Below are positions 1-29,745 of a stretch of DNA of 64,000 bases, one piece after another (position 1 is the stretch's first letter; each line of letters starts with the position of its first letter). The notes below the pieces were generated by a model, which made no database searches, had not been told where the DNA came from, and was given only the letters and a program-made list of their open reading frames with translations. This DNA is from Amoebidium appalachense (lineage: Eukaryota > Protista > Ichthyosporea): positions 9,421,962 through 9,485,961 of the forward strand of contig CAVNZM010000007.1 of assembly GCA_963693365.1 (NCBI GenBank), written 5' to 3'. The position numbers and the translations under genes are program-made.

Positions 1-9811
<9,811 letters not shown>

Positions 9812-10297
9812 GTTGCTATGTGCAGGCCCTAGGCCAAGAACAAGTGAGAACTGCCGATGGATGGGAACTGCGAGGTGGGGGCGAGGCCCCCGGTTGAACG
9901 ATTCCTTATATGAATGTGCAGCTCCAAAAAGTGATCAACCTTTTTTCACGTTTCTAAAACTAACCAGGGGTACCGTCAACCCGTAATGCGTAATTTTCAT
10001 TACCCGACTAGTGTCGTTCAAAGCATTTGCTCTTGTTTACAGCTACGAAAGTTGCAGGTGTGAAAAGCTCAGTGCTTTTTCTGGTGAGCCACTTCGGGCG
10101 CCAACATCAACCCCTGCGTCAAAATACGATCGCAATCGCATGACACGAAGGAACCAATGTTTTCTGGTGAGAAACTGCTCGAGCGCAAACGCCGATGCGA
10201 GATGGAAATCGAGCTCTTCTGCGAACTTGTTCGCGCTGGCGGAAGGTCGTGCATACGACCCCGTAAGCGACAAGTCCACAGGTGTCGGACCAAACCG

Positions 10298-13632
<3,335 letters not shown>

Positions 13633-14285
13633 GGAACCCCAACTAATTGATTTCTCTTTGTAGTCTTTATGGTGTCTCGTAGAGAAAGTAAACCCTGATA
13701 TATAGTCATCACCGGACATCTATGTACGTGATCATGATATACCGCTGAGGGGATATTCCGAGCAAAAAACCCCCCATACCTGATACTGGTTTCTCTTTGC
13801 CTCGGGTAAACAGCGTAAACCCCCAATCACATATCGATGCCACAGCCTGGCAAGATTCAAGGAGAAAGGGACGCTCGGGGGATTGGGGGACTTCCGAAAG
13901 AGCTAGAGGCCCGGAGGCTTTTTTTATTTTTATTTCTTTTTAAATAAATTGGGGGGGGGGGGGGGGGGGGGGGGGGAGGGGGGGGCGTTCCTTCTTTCAT
14001 AGTGACTCTCAGACAAAAATAACGACAGTCAGAACTTGAACCACAATCCCCCGGACCCTGGTATTTTGCTTTGATGTTTTGAACATGCCTTCAAAACTAC
14101 TTCACATAATGCCTATCACAGCAGCTCCATGGTGATTGAGGAACACTTGGTATAACATGAAGTTCATCCGGGGTTACATTTTCCCCGTTTTTTGGACCGA
14201 GTTCCTACAAAAATATGCACGCTGCAATTGTGTCCCTGCTTGTTATTGTAACAAATATACAATTCTTTCTGGCCATATAATTCGA

Positions 14286-14931
14286 TCAATAAAAACCTAA
14301 CGCCATTGCAGCCAAATTCAAAGCATCCCATAAGGTGGGTTTGGTTTTCAACTCAGATCTCGGGTCGTTTATCGATTGTTCTAATCGGCACAATCCATGG
14401 AAATCACACACTGGACCAGTGCGATTTTCAAGTAATTTCTTGAAGGTTGAGAAGGGGCAGAAGAGGGTCTGGCACCCAGGGATGATGGTCTCTTTCTCGT
14501 TGATAGTTAGCCTGACTAGAGGCTCACCTGAATAGCAAATAGGTTGAACGTTAGATACGGTACCCCCGTTTCTGCTTAGAGTTAATGGTAAATTTTTAAC
14601 ATTATCATTCTTTCAGCATCTTGGCATTTTCTTTGTATCCACCCCCCCGTCTTCCCCCAGCCATGTCCAAATTTCCCATGCCCCTACACCCACCCATTTA
14701 GGCCGACTCATGCACCCACACATGGAAGCGCTCTTACACCCACCCAACCATCATCACTACAACCCCCTCCCCACCTCTTCCTCGCCCCTATCTACTCCTC
14801 ACCAAATCCAAAAGACCCAGGTCAACAACGGCCAGACCGAATGGGAAAGGGCAAGGGACACAGCAAAGGGCACAGGGGGTAGAATGTAGTCATGTGTATG
14901 TGTGTAGGTGAGGGTTTGGGTGTCTGTGCCG

Positions 14932-14990
<59 letters not shown>

Positions 14991-15572
14991 CCGTGTGTGT
15001 CTGTGTGTGTGTGTGTGTGTGTGTGCGTGTGTGTGTGTGTTGGGTGCGTGTGCGTGTGTGTGTGTGTGTGCCCGCCTGCGGCGCGTGTGTGTGGATGTGA
15101 GAGTGTGGGTGTAGGGAGGGGAGGGGCCTCGTTGGTACCATTTGAGCACTTGTACAGGACGAACAGCAGGTTGGCTGCATATGGAGCTATGTGGCTGGCC
15201 CGGAACTGACGGCCCACAATCTGATTGGCTGCATGTCAGACATCCAGACCTCGTATTATCCTTTCCTTTCCTTCCCCCCTTTGACTGCCTCCCGTCTTCT
15301 CGTTCTCGTCCCTCCTTTTCCGAACTAATCCCTCCCTCCCTCCCTCCCCCCCCTCCCCGGGCAGCCCCAATCCCCCTTCTTTCGCCCCTAAGGTCAGCCA
15401 GCCCAACACCAGCATTCATATGAACCGACTATATGTAAAAACGATCTCCTTATGACCCACAAATGGACGTGAAGCACTCTGGAGTGAACAAGAACCGGAC
15501 GGGGTTGAGGTTGTGGTTGGAAGGGGTCTTGCTGTGTGTGTGTTGGTTGGGGGGGGGGGGGGGGGGGGGGGG

Positions 15573-15614
<42 letters not shown>

Positions 15615-15728
15615 GGGGGGGGGATGGTGTCGGTGGATTGATAAGCTAACATCCTGAGCAAACGAAGATTTGCCTTTGGTTTGGACATCACCATATCCTC
15701 CTCTGAAACTCTGACTTGAGAGATTCCT

Positions 15729-15767
<39 letters not shown>

Positions 15768-17206
15768 TTAACCTGATCGTAAGACCAGTTTGCCAACAGG
15801 CCCGGGTGGGGGTCACGGTAGAGGCCAAGCAGAGAGGTCAGGGGCATGAAGGTCTCGGCATGCGCAAACCGCAGTGCTGCTACAACTGGCCTGTCTGCGC
15901 TGCCTGGGGGGGGGGGGGGGGGGGGTTAAGATTGTGTTTTAGAGCACGAAGCATGGCAGACATTCACGGTGGATACCACAAAGCAGATTATACACATACA
16001 TGGGGTACATATGCATCAAGGAGGGACTGGGTGGGTAGGGTGGGGTGCGGTGGGCGGAGGGTGGACTGTTTAGAGGCTAGAGAAGATGAATGAAATAAGT
16101 AGTCCAAACAACACTTATGTACCGGCATTTCTCCGATATCCCTGTGTGTGCCCATCGACAATGACTACAAAATCGCCCCCGAAAATGGGATCATGGGCAA
16201 AGCCACTCATTGAAGCTTATCGCATATTCCGCCAAATACAGATCAGAATATTGCAATGAGAAAAACGAATATGGAACGGGTGATTGCCGCTTGCTGCTAG
16301 CTTCTCCAGTTGGTATGTATGAGTATTTCCAGATTGGAGAGCTGTAGCTGTGAGCAAACAAGCAGATTCAGAGAATCAACAACAGGGAGGGGAAAGGACG
16401 ATGGAAAGGCTATAGCATCTGCTCTATTTTCGGCTTGTTTTGTCTCTTGCACATATGCAGCTTAAAGAGCATTTTGGTGTTTGTCCAAATAGCGATATTT
16501 TTTAAGTGTTGATAGACACGATGGTAAGGGGTGATATAATACCTTGCAGGAAACTGACCATGCCGTGCAGCATATCAGTCAGTAGGGGGCATGCTATTTG
16601 GTAGTTTAAGGTGTTCCCGTAGGTCTTCTTCCACCACTGCTTTAGGTCTGACCAATCAGGTTAATTGCGCTCCACTAACATATACGTGTGTGTACAGGTG
16701 TGGTGAGAGGGGTTGAATGGTGGCAGCGGCGAGGGAAGGAGGGGAGAGGGGGGGGCAGGCGGCGGGGGGGGGGGGGGGGGGGGGGGGGGGGGAAGGGGGA
16801 AGAAGGGGGGGGGGGGGGGGGGGGTTGTTAATAAAAGCGAAATTCCACTTCAAACATTTGTACCCTTTGGCAATCACCTAATCCCACTACAACAATGCTC
16901 TATCTTTTTGTTGATTCGGTGTCTTCTTTTACACCATGTTATTGCTAGTTGTTCTAGGAGTAGTACCCTAGCATGGGGATTGGTTTGCATGGGATGACGT
17001 GATGATTGGGAGTGCAATGTACAAACATCAGGGCAGGCTGTCAAATGACTGCTTGTCGGAAAGCAAGGGAAATGGGGTGTTTGATGTTTGATCTTAATGT
17101 AGCATACACGGTCATACAGACACAGAAAGAGAGATATGAACTCCGTTACAATTGCAAGCAACACACACTTATGCAAAAGACGAATACGCACACGTGCACG
17201 CACACG

Positions 17207-17300
<94 letters not shown>

Positions 17301-18258
17301 GACCCATCCAAGACTCCCCATTTCCCCGATGTACATGCACGGAACCACACACACACACAGACACACACAGACACACACACACACTGACAGACATACACAC
17401 TCAAACCCCTTAAAGACACATATACACACATACACTCTCACATATAAAAAAAAGGGAATAAGAGATGTGATGTATACCATCATGGTAGTCTACAATCCTC
17501 ACACCCTCCCTGCCCAGCAGGGCACACCATCTGCTGCTGCCATCCTCCACCGTGTCATAGCTGCAGGCACGGTACATGCCGTGCAGCTGCAAGCACTAAT
17601 TAGATTGAGCCATTATTCCCTCGGCATGCACCAACCAGTCACATTGTGCCTTTATTCACTGTGCATGCATGACAATCGGATCAACGTAGCCACACGACCA
17701 GGCACACACACATAAGGCAAAGATGGATGGGTCGGTGGATGGGTCGGCGGGTGGGTGTGGAGGGGGGGAAGGGGGAGGGGGGGGGGGGGGGGGAGGGGAG
17801 GGGGAGAGGAGGGGGTGAGGAGGTGGGGGAGGGAGTTTAAATCCTTTCACATACCTCCTTGAAGGTGACTGGGCGGGAGAGACCCAGTGCAGCCGTAACG
17901 TTCTCCCTCAGGGCAGACATTAAAGGGCCACCCTGGAACTGATACATCTCAGTGATGCTGGTCTTGTCTGTGCTGAGCCATGGTCAGTGCTCCCTTGAAT
18001 GCTCCCTTTAACCCTAGGTGGAATGTTGACTACACAGTTTATCCCCCAATGGTGTAAACCCTACGTAGATCGCAGCATGCACATAGATTTGGCAGCAGAC
18101 ACTGTCTCGTCCCCCAAGGAAGATCGTGCAATGATAATGTGTTTCGAATATCCCCCCCCCCCCCCCCCCCCCAAACACACACACACCTCGCTTCAACCCC
18201 TCCCAAAATATGATAATGAAAATGGATTCTGGCTCAACCTTGATCCCTTCCTCCCTAC

Positions 18259-18289
<31 letters not shown>

Positions 18290-18858
18290 AAAAAAAAAAA
18301 AAAGAGCACCCTCAGATTTAGAAAGAGCTCTAACGCTCACAGGCGACGGCACAAACACGTACAAAGAAATGCAAAAACACGAACATCCCTCATACATAAA
18401 AACGCTACAAACTCTGAGGGTGCAGGATAATACCTTCATGGAAGGATGCATATTTGGGACAGCTAGTGTAGAATCTCAGGCGGTGGTCTGTGGCAATAGT
18501 GTCTGTGGTGATGTCTACAGGCTGATACTTGCACTCCCCTACACCCCCCTCCCCTTCATACAGCCCATATGCGAAGGACCCTGCACTGTGGGTGGGAATG
18601 AGACATGTTGAAGTTAAAGAGTTTAATGCGATAATAAAATCTAGCATTTCTTTGGATTGGTTGTGTTTGTTTAGCAGAACACTGGGTTATTGTGTGACCA
18701 TCAATAGAAAATGGTAACCAATACATGACATCAAGAAAACAATGTGTTGAACAAGGTCAACGTTTTGACATCGTCGTGGTTGCAGTTCGTGGAAGGGATA
18801 TCAATGAAACCATGCACAAGCCCAAAGCAACCAAAGCCGTGTGTGTATGTGTGTGCGT

Positions 18859-18889
<31 letters not shown>

Positions 18890-18957
18890 CGTGTGTGTGT
18901 GCGTGTGTGTGTGCGTGTGTGTGTGTGTGTGTGTGCCCGCGCATGTGCTTGTGCGTG

Positions 18958-19048
<91 letters not shown>

Positions 19049-19165
19049 TTTTTTTTTTGGGTGGGGGGGGGGGGGGGGGGGGGCGGGGAGGGGGGGGGGG
19101 AAGAATGGGGTTGGTAGTGGTGGCGGTGGTGTGTGTGTGTGTCACACGGTGTGTGTGTGTGGGGA

Positions 19166-19202
<37 letters not shown>

Positions 19203-19587
19203 GGGGGGGGGGGGGGGGGGGGGGAGGGGGGAGGGGCACCTCATGCCAGCCCGGTTGACCTGAGTCGACGTAAACTTATGAATTAGTGGTGAATATGGAA
19301 TTCCAAGAATGTCTGGGAATGCGGCCTTCAGCCTCTTAGCCAATGAAAAATGCTCATTCTGGCCTATTTTGGTAAGAAGATGTGCCTCTTCATTCTTGTA
19401 GCGGCGGGTCCATTTTAGTGCCCACTGATTGGTGGATGCCTCAATATCCGCAGCGTGGTCCTCTGACGTAAAGGGGGAAAAAAAAAGGGGGAGGGGGGTT
19501 GGATGAGTTACACAGTACAAAGGACACAACTTCTACGAACAACGGACTGCAGATGTGCAGAAAACTATTTGGCGCAAAAAGTATGCA

Positions 19588-19657
<70 letters not shown>

Positions 19658-19782
19658 GAGAGAGGGAGGGGGGAGGGGGAGGAAGCCAAAAAAATGGTGC
19701 GCCTAGAATGTAAAAAAGTATTTTTTTTTGTAGTTGGATTGCCCACAAACAGGGCGGGAAGAGGGGTGGGGAGGGGGGAGGT

Positions 19783-19813
<31 letters not shown>

Positions 19814-20442
19814 AGGGGGGGGTGTTAAGAAATAGTATTGCACCAGAAAATGCATGTACTGCACAGCCAGTATAGCACCCACTTCCCCTCTCCCTCCTCC
19901 TCCCCCCCCCCCCTCCCCCCCCCCCCCCCCCCCTTCCTGCCCACCCACCTACACCCGTATCGATTCAGGGGCTGGGGCAAGGGGGGGGGGGGGGGGGGGG
20001 GGGAGGGGGGAGAAGGGAGGGGTCGCACAGTTCACTTTTTCCATTCTCTTCCTGTCCCAGTCTAAAGCGCTCATCACTATCTAACATCTTAATATCCGCA
20101 TACAGGCACACAAACCATACAAAGATGATACCAGCAAATGAAAACACACAAGTACCCCTGCCTGCCAATGCCCAGTACCACCCGCTCATTCCCTCATTCA
20201 CGTGCAACGACAGTACAGATAAATTTTCACACATCCAGTCACGAGCACAGGACCAGATGCACATATACAGGGATGCACACACGGGCACAGTGTAGACACA
20301 CACACTCGAATACACATACACATACGAACGGACACGTACACTAATTAATACACACATACATTATGTGCACACACACGCAGAAGAAGAGAGAGGGAACGAA
20401 AGGGAGTATGTTTAAGTGCACCCAAACACACACGCACACGGA

Positions 20443-20478
<36 letters not shown>

Positions 20479-21259
20479 GCATGTGCGCTTGTGTACAGCA
20501 TACAAGTGCACACACACACATACAGATGGTGACACACGCGCGCGCGCACACACACACACATACACACGCACACGCACACGCACACGCACACGCACGCACA
20601 CACACACACACACACGCACACGCACCTATCAGTTTCTGCACCAGCCCCATCAGTTTGATGTCCCCCTTTCCTGGATTTCTTGCCCCATGCCTCACCAAAC
20701 CCTGTCCATTCATTTAGCAAGATTTATCCTATATAGACGAGCTTGGATTGTACTCCATCCACACAGAAACTACAATCCAAAATGTCCGAGCAATAGGCTT
20801 TGGCCATAAGCTTGTTCGACAGGGTCTCTGATAGCCACCTCCACACGTATCCTCGCCCCTTTCTCTCCCTCATAGGCCCTCAAGAAATACCCCCCACCCA
20901 CCTCTCCTACGGTTAATATCAGAGGCTGACCGCCGGTGCCATCCTCCAAGCTCGTGCACCGTTTTCTCCACCTTCTTCCCTCTCATCTCCCCCACTCCCA
21001 CAGCACACACCCCTACCTCCTCTCCTCTCCCCATCCAAGCTCTGCCCCCTCATTCCCCTAAGATTGGCCTTGCTTCCGCCCACCACCTCACCTGAAGGTG
21101 AACGGCACTGCATCCTTCCGGTGGACTTGCCCATTCTCTCCAGTCCTGCTGGGCCCAATATGGCGTCTTTGTGCCGAAATGTCTTTCATAGGCAAATGAA
21201 CGTCCAGCTTGAGTGTAAACGGCACAAAGCACAAGAACTGAAACGATGACGACATACAT
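14286..21259 (-). CDS. MINPP1: Multiple inositol polyphosphate phosphatase / phytase-like histidine acid phosphatase, 10 exons
   Basis: Exons 21092-21259, 20626-20701, 19240-19462, 18434-18585, 17855-17967, 17478-17586, 16543-16647, 15773-15894, 15139-15220, 14286-14527, all phase-consistent. Signal peptide, FGTKTPY, catalytic [17 protein letters not shown], proton-donor [30 protein letters not shown]...CP. Confidence 0.92.
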
Positions 21260-21437
21260 GGTAATGCCCACGTCTGGATAATAAAAAAGAAGAGTATTTC
21301 TGAACGGTATGGTTGAAATCCTGTACTAACTCAAGAGATGTTTAAGAGGGTAATGCTTACGTCTGGATGAAGAAAAAGAAGAGTATTCCTGAGCGGTATG
21401 GTTGAAATCCTGTACTAACTCAAGAGATGTTTAAGAG
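21260..21437. repeat. Two-copy 89-bp tandem duplication immediately upstream of the MINPP1 start codon
   Basis: Units 21260-21348 and 21349-21437 align with only a few substitutions. Confidence 0.95.
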
Positions 21438-21578
21438 CAATCATATCGTTGTCTCAGCAACACACATCCCCTTTGACCTTGCCTATTCCCTGGGGTTCAG
21501 ATCGACTTAGGTTGTGTGCTTGGGAACAAGTCTTCTTGTAGACTTTGCCATTCTTCGTAGGACTCTGTAAGGTAAAGA

Positions 21579-21912
21579 GTGGTTAACTCCTCATTCCCTT
21601 CCAAAACCGTTCAACGGACAATGTTTGGGAGAGAACAAGAGAGGTTGAGAAGTATGCGGAGGGAACAATTCTTAGAAATGCATATAGGCGCTTTGCTTTA
21701 CTATGAAGATCTACTGCGCGTGCTCAAGTGTATACGTATACGTAAGCTTACACTCCGACTGTTGAAGAGGCTGGACTCCGAGGGAGAATTGCCGTCGAAA
21801 CTGTTCAGCGTTCACGGGATTGCCTCAATTTGTCTATAACTGATTGGTTATAACGGTGTTTTTGTCACATACCTCTTTCACCGGAAATGTATTGAGAAAA
21901 ATGGGTGCGCTC
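21579..21912 (+). pseudogene. Probable decayed RING-H2 finger gene fragment
   Basis: Allowing two small frameshifts and one stop, 21818-21912 reads DCSICL*LIGYNGVFVTYLFHRKCIEKWVR. This matches C-x2-C...FH-x2-CI-x2-W, but the C-x-H pair is missing. Confidence 0.45.
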
Positions 21913-22160
21913 CGGCCCAACCGAATTTACCCCTCTCCCCTCCCCCCTTCCGGCTGGGCTGGCCTCCCTCCCAAGGCCTCCTAAATAGCGTACGTACCCT
22001 CCCTCCACCCCAGGGTTCTGCCCTGAATCTTTTTTCCGCCCGCCCCCCCTTCCCCCCTCCCCTCTCCCCTCGCCCTCCTCTCCCCCCCCCCCCCCCTCTC
22101 CCCCCCCCCCCCAAAAAAAAAGGCCGAGGGTCCCACTCTGCTTGCCCCTCCCTCCCTCCC

Positions 22161-22191
<31 letters not shown>

Positions 22192-23533
22192 AGCCCCCCC
22201 CCCTCCCTAGGCCCTTTAGATCTCACCCACAAATCATCCCCCCATAGATCTCTCTGCGCTTAGATTCGGAATCACTGTCCCCACCCTTGCACCCCCCAGC
22301 ACAGTAACAGTTGTCGTTTGATGATCCTCCCTCCCGGCCCGTGCACGCCCCCTTCCAAACCCCCGGCGCCGTACCTTCGACTGCTTCACAGTATGTCGGC
22401 CTATTAGCTTCAACAATTTCCACCGCCGGCCCCCCTCGAGCTCCCATCCCCCTCTGCCCAAAAACAAATCGATTCCTATGTACAGTATTTTTGCATGAAT
22501 GAAAGCCGCTACCCTCACCGGCATGCTGTGTAGTACTGTAGTAGTGGAGCGCAAGTTCTCATTGTGACACCATTGAAGACCTCAACGTTACGGCCACAAC
22601 ATGCACCTGTATGTCAGTGAGTCTCCCCGCATATTTGTCTCTATTAGCACCCTGAGGAGTTGCCGACTGTCACATTCTGCGCTTTTTAAGCAATGATAGC
22701 CAAATCCTATCCACCGGCGAGGCTGGGGTGAAAACCTTGGGCTGATGTGTGTACGTAGTAATGGTGTGTCAGCTTAGCTGATGGCATCATAGCGCTGGCA
22801 CCCTAATAGCTAGGGTATCGTCGGTGCTGGGCGGAAGACGGTAGTTCCTCTGAGGGACCCGGAGGGACCCTCCGGGAACAAAACTAAACGAGATAAAACC
22901 AAAATTTAGCCAAATCCTTATCCCCCCTCCCCCCCCCCCCCCCCCCCCCCCCCCTCCTCCCCAGTCACCCACCAACACACCCCACCCTTCGACCGGGTAC
23001 CCTCCCCACCCACTCACGGTCCTCACCTCCACCCAGGCTCACCGTTCATCTGTCTCCCCTTGCATTGTCCATCCAGTACAGATGCCGTCCGCCATTAAGA
23101 ACCCCCCCCCCCCCGAAGTTGAGGTGAGGGGCATTATCTTATTTTATTTTTAGAGTTCGCTGTCATAATGTTAGTGGCGCGCGGGGGGAGGGGGGGGGGG
23201 GGGGGGGGGGGGGGGAAGGCAATGTGGTACGTACACGGTAGTGTAACTTTAACGGATTGTATCGCTTTGGGGGGGGGAAGGGGGGGGGGGGGGGGGGGGC
23301 ATATGTGTTTGGGCCTCCTAGTGACTTTGGCGCCGTTTTTGCTACTGTTTGATTGGCTTGGCTTCCTGCTCACCCTTGCATGGCATGATCCAGTATGAAT
23401 CTATCTCCCGAGTCCCGTCCGCCAAAAAGATCAGCCCGAAATCTGGCCGAGGGGCATATTATCTTTAAAAAACCGGACTTTGGCCGGTAGCGTTATCTTT
23501 TTGGCGCCAACAGATGTCCGACCAATCTGACAC

Positions 23534-23716
23534 GTTTTTTTTTGGCCAGTTTTATTTCAAAAGGGGATTCATGCTGCCGTGCTACAGATATATACATCAA
23601 TAGACTCTGTTTTACATCATTAGTTTTTTTTTAGTCCAGTTTTATTTCAAGATGGGGATTCATGCTGCCGTGCTACAGATACATACATCAATAGAGTCTG
23701 TTTTACATCATTAGTT
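23534..23716. repeat. Two-copy ~90-bp tandem duplication
   Basis: CCAGTTTTATTTCAA...GGGGATTCATGCTGCCGTGCTACAGAT...TTTTACATCATTAGTT occurs at 23546 and 23636. Confidence 0.93.
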
Positions 23717-24548
23717 AGGGTTCAACATAAACATTATTTACGGTGTCCCCGCAGCAGCCAAACCTGGTGCATTCAAATTTGAAATCATCAATATATCAGA
23801 GTCTAATCTAGGTTTGCTAATGCTAGAGATCTACTCCAACTTAAGCTCAGTCACACACCACTATCAACGGGATTACTCAACGTAATCACTTAGTGCATCA
23901 TTTGTACATGTACATATATCTTGAATAAAAGAGAAAAATGTCTATAGATTTACATGTGAACACATTCATTTCTACATTCGCCTACGGTTACTGTAGTTGT
24001 TTAGTACAGGCTTGATTGAAAACTTCGAACATGTAAATATAGCCCAAGGCACAAACCTGCTCTATCATACATAGACGTGCCATGGATGAACACACAGATA
24101 ACTCAAGATAACTCAACAGAGTCAGGTTACTGAAGTGTACAGCTATCACCGACCTAAATTGTCTCTAGATCTATGAAAACGAAGCCATGTGCCATGCATC
24201 CTCCTTCCTAGCCAATAATATATGTTAGCAAAAAAGAAGACAGTCGCATACGACCAAAACATAAGCAAAGCAAACAGTACAGCCACATTTCTTAGGCTTC
24301 TAAACTAAAGAATAAAATTTAAAAATGGGGGTTGGGATTTGTCTTCTAGGGTGCACACACACGGGAGACATGTCCAACATGCAGTGAACAAAATATCGAT
24401 AAAAGATAGAAACTATATACTATGGCAGCAGACGGAAAGGCGAGAGGGGTAGAAAGGTCTGCATGCGTGTATGGTGGTGGTGTTTTTTTTGTTTTTTTTT
24501 TGAGAAGAGGGGAGGGGGTGAGGGAGGATGAATGGCTGATGCGGGGTC

Positions 24549-28210
<3,662 letters not shown>

Positions 28211-29097
28211 CTTCTCCAGTCTACCGTATACGGCCGTACGTAAGTTCGCCTGTATTGATATATTTGATGTTTGCGTATGGATGTTTGCGTAAGGTTAGAG
28301 AAGACTTGGAAAAGGTTGCTTTTTTCACTTGCTAGCTGTAACTGTATGGTGTCTAGCTAATAGAGAAGGACAAGTGCATGTTGAAATGAAAGGAGTCAAC
28401 TCAAAATTGAAGAAGTCATGGATTCATGTTGTGGCAGAGTGTAAACAGTGTGTGCACATTGCACAGAAAGACCTGCGCTTCTCGACAGAGTATGGAAGCA
28501 AATAAGTTGATTAAGTAAGAACAAGTGAATCCTCCAACAATCTCCTACAAAAGCAACCTACTCTGAGTCTGAGAAAACATCTGTAAAATAAATCCGAAGC
28601 CGTTCTGAAACGCCAGTGATGTGCGTGGTACGTTGTTGCGCGGCCGAAAACATAGCCTGTAACGTTTAGATCCGGCTGTAATGGGCTGAACCAATCATTG
28701 CGCTTGTTGGTTAAATGGGGTAAAAACAGGTGACCTACCGATCAAAGGGGTTTTGTGCATATTATTTTTTTTTTTATTAACAAAAGCATGTTATATCTTA
28801 GTTCACATATATGAAGCAAGCTACAATTATGCTTTATTTTGCTCTACAAGTAACATTTTATGCTGAAACTTTCATTAAGTTAACCTCTTAAACGCTACCA
28901 CAATGCTAAAGAGATCCATGGAATTTACCCCTGGTCAATCTAGATCGAGATATCGAAAAAGGATCCAATCATAAAGGCTTTGTGGGATGTGTGGATCTTG
29001 CTGTCTCAGATACATGCCGTGACTCTGTGAGTCACGTAGGGCTACCTTTCCGTAAAAAAATAGTACACAGCAATTGATAAAAAGCACCATATCTGCA

Positions 29098-29286
29098 CAC
29101 GTAGCTCACTAAAGTAAATGTAGCCTGGCTCATGATTTTGTAATTCAAGTAGGCTCATTTTCTCTAGTGATACGCATTTATCGTTTATTTGAGTCACGTA
29201 GCTCACTAAAGTAAATGTAGCCTGGCTCATGATTTTGTAATTCAAGTAGGCTCATTTTCTCTAGTGATACGCATTTATCGTTTATT
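29098..29286. repeat. Two identical 92-bp copies, period 97 bp
   Basis: CACGTAGCTCACTAAAG...GCATTTATCGTTTATT at 29098-29189 and 29195-29286. Confidence 0.95.
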
Positions 29287-29635
29287 AAGGCCAATTATTA
29301 CATTAATGACGAATAGGCTATTGCAAGCTCTTTGATGTGTGCCAGAAGTGGCTCATTCAAGGAGCCAACGTATCCACGTGGACTGGGAGCCGCAGCATGT
29401 CCACAGTCGATGCTAGCCAATCACAGATCAGAAGCGGAAACATTAAAAAAAGATGGCCAATCAAATTGAGTGCGAACACATACCTGGCTCTAAACATGCG
29501 TGACAAGTTGTGATGATCAGTACCTCGACGTCAACAGCGACCCCCCCTCCCCCCCCCCCCCCCCTCCCCCCCCCCCTCCACCAGTACCACCACCACCTCT
29601 CCCCCCCTCCCATTCTACCCCCGACACACACACAC

Positions 29636-29745
<110 letters not shown>

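Noticed and set aside
10043-10279. 78-aa minus-strand ORF upstream of the LINE
   Set aside because: Non-ATG start, no recognisable motif; probably antisense of the element's 5' region.
21307-21335. Plus-strand GTATGG...TACTAAC..AG mini-intron within the 89-bp unit
   Set aside because: Only ~29 nt long, antisense to MINPP1, with no plus-strand gene context.
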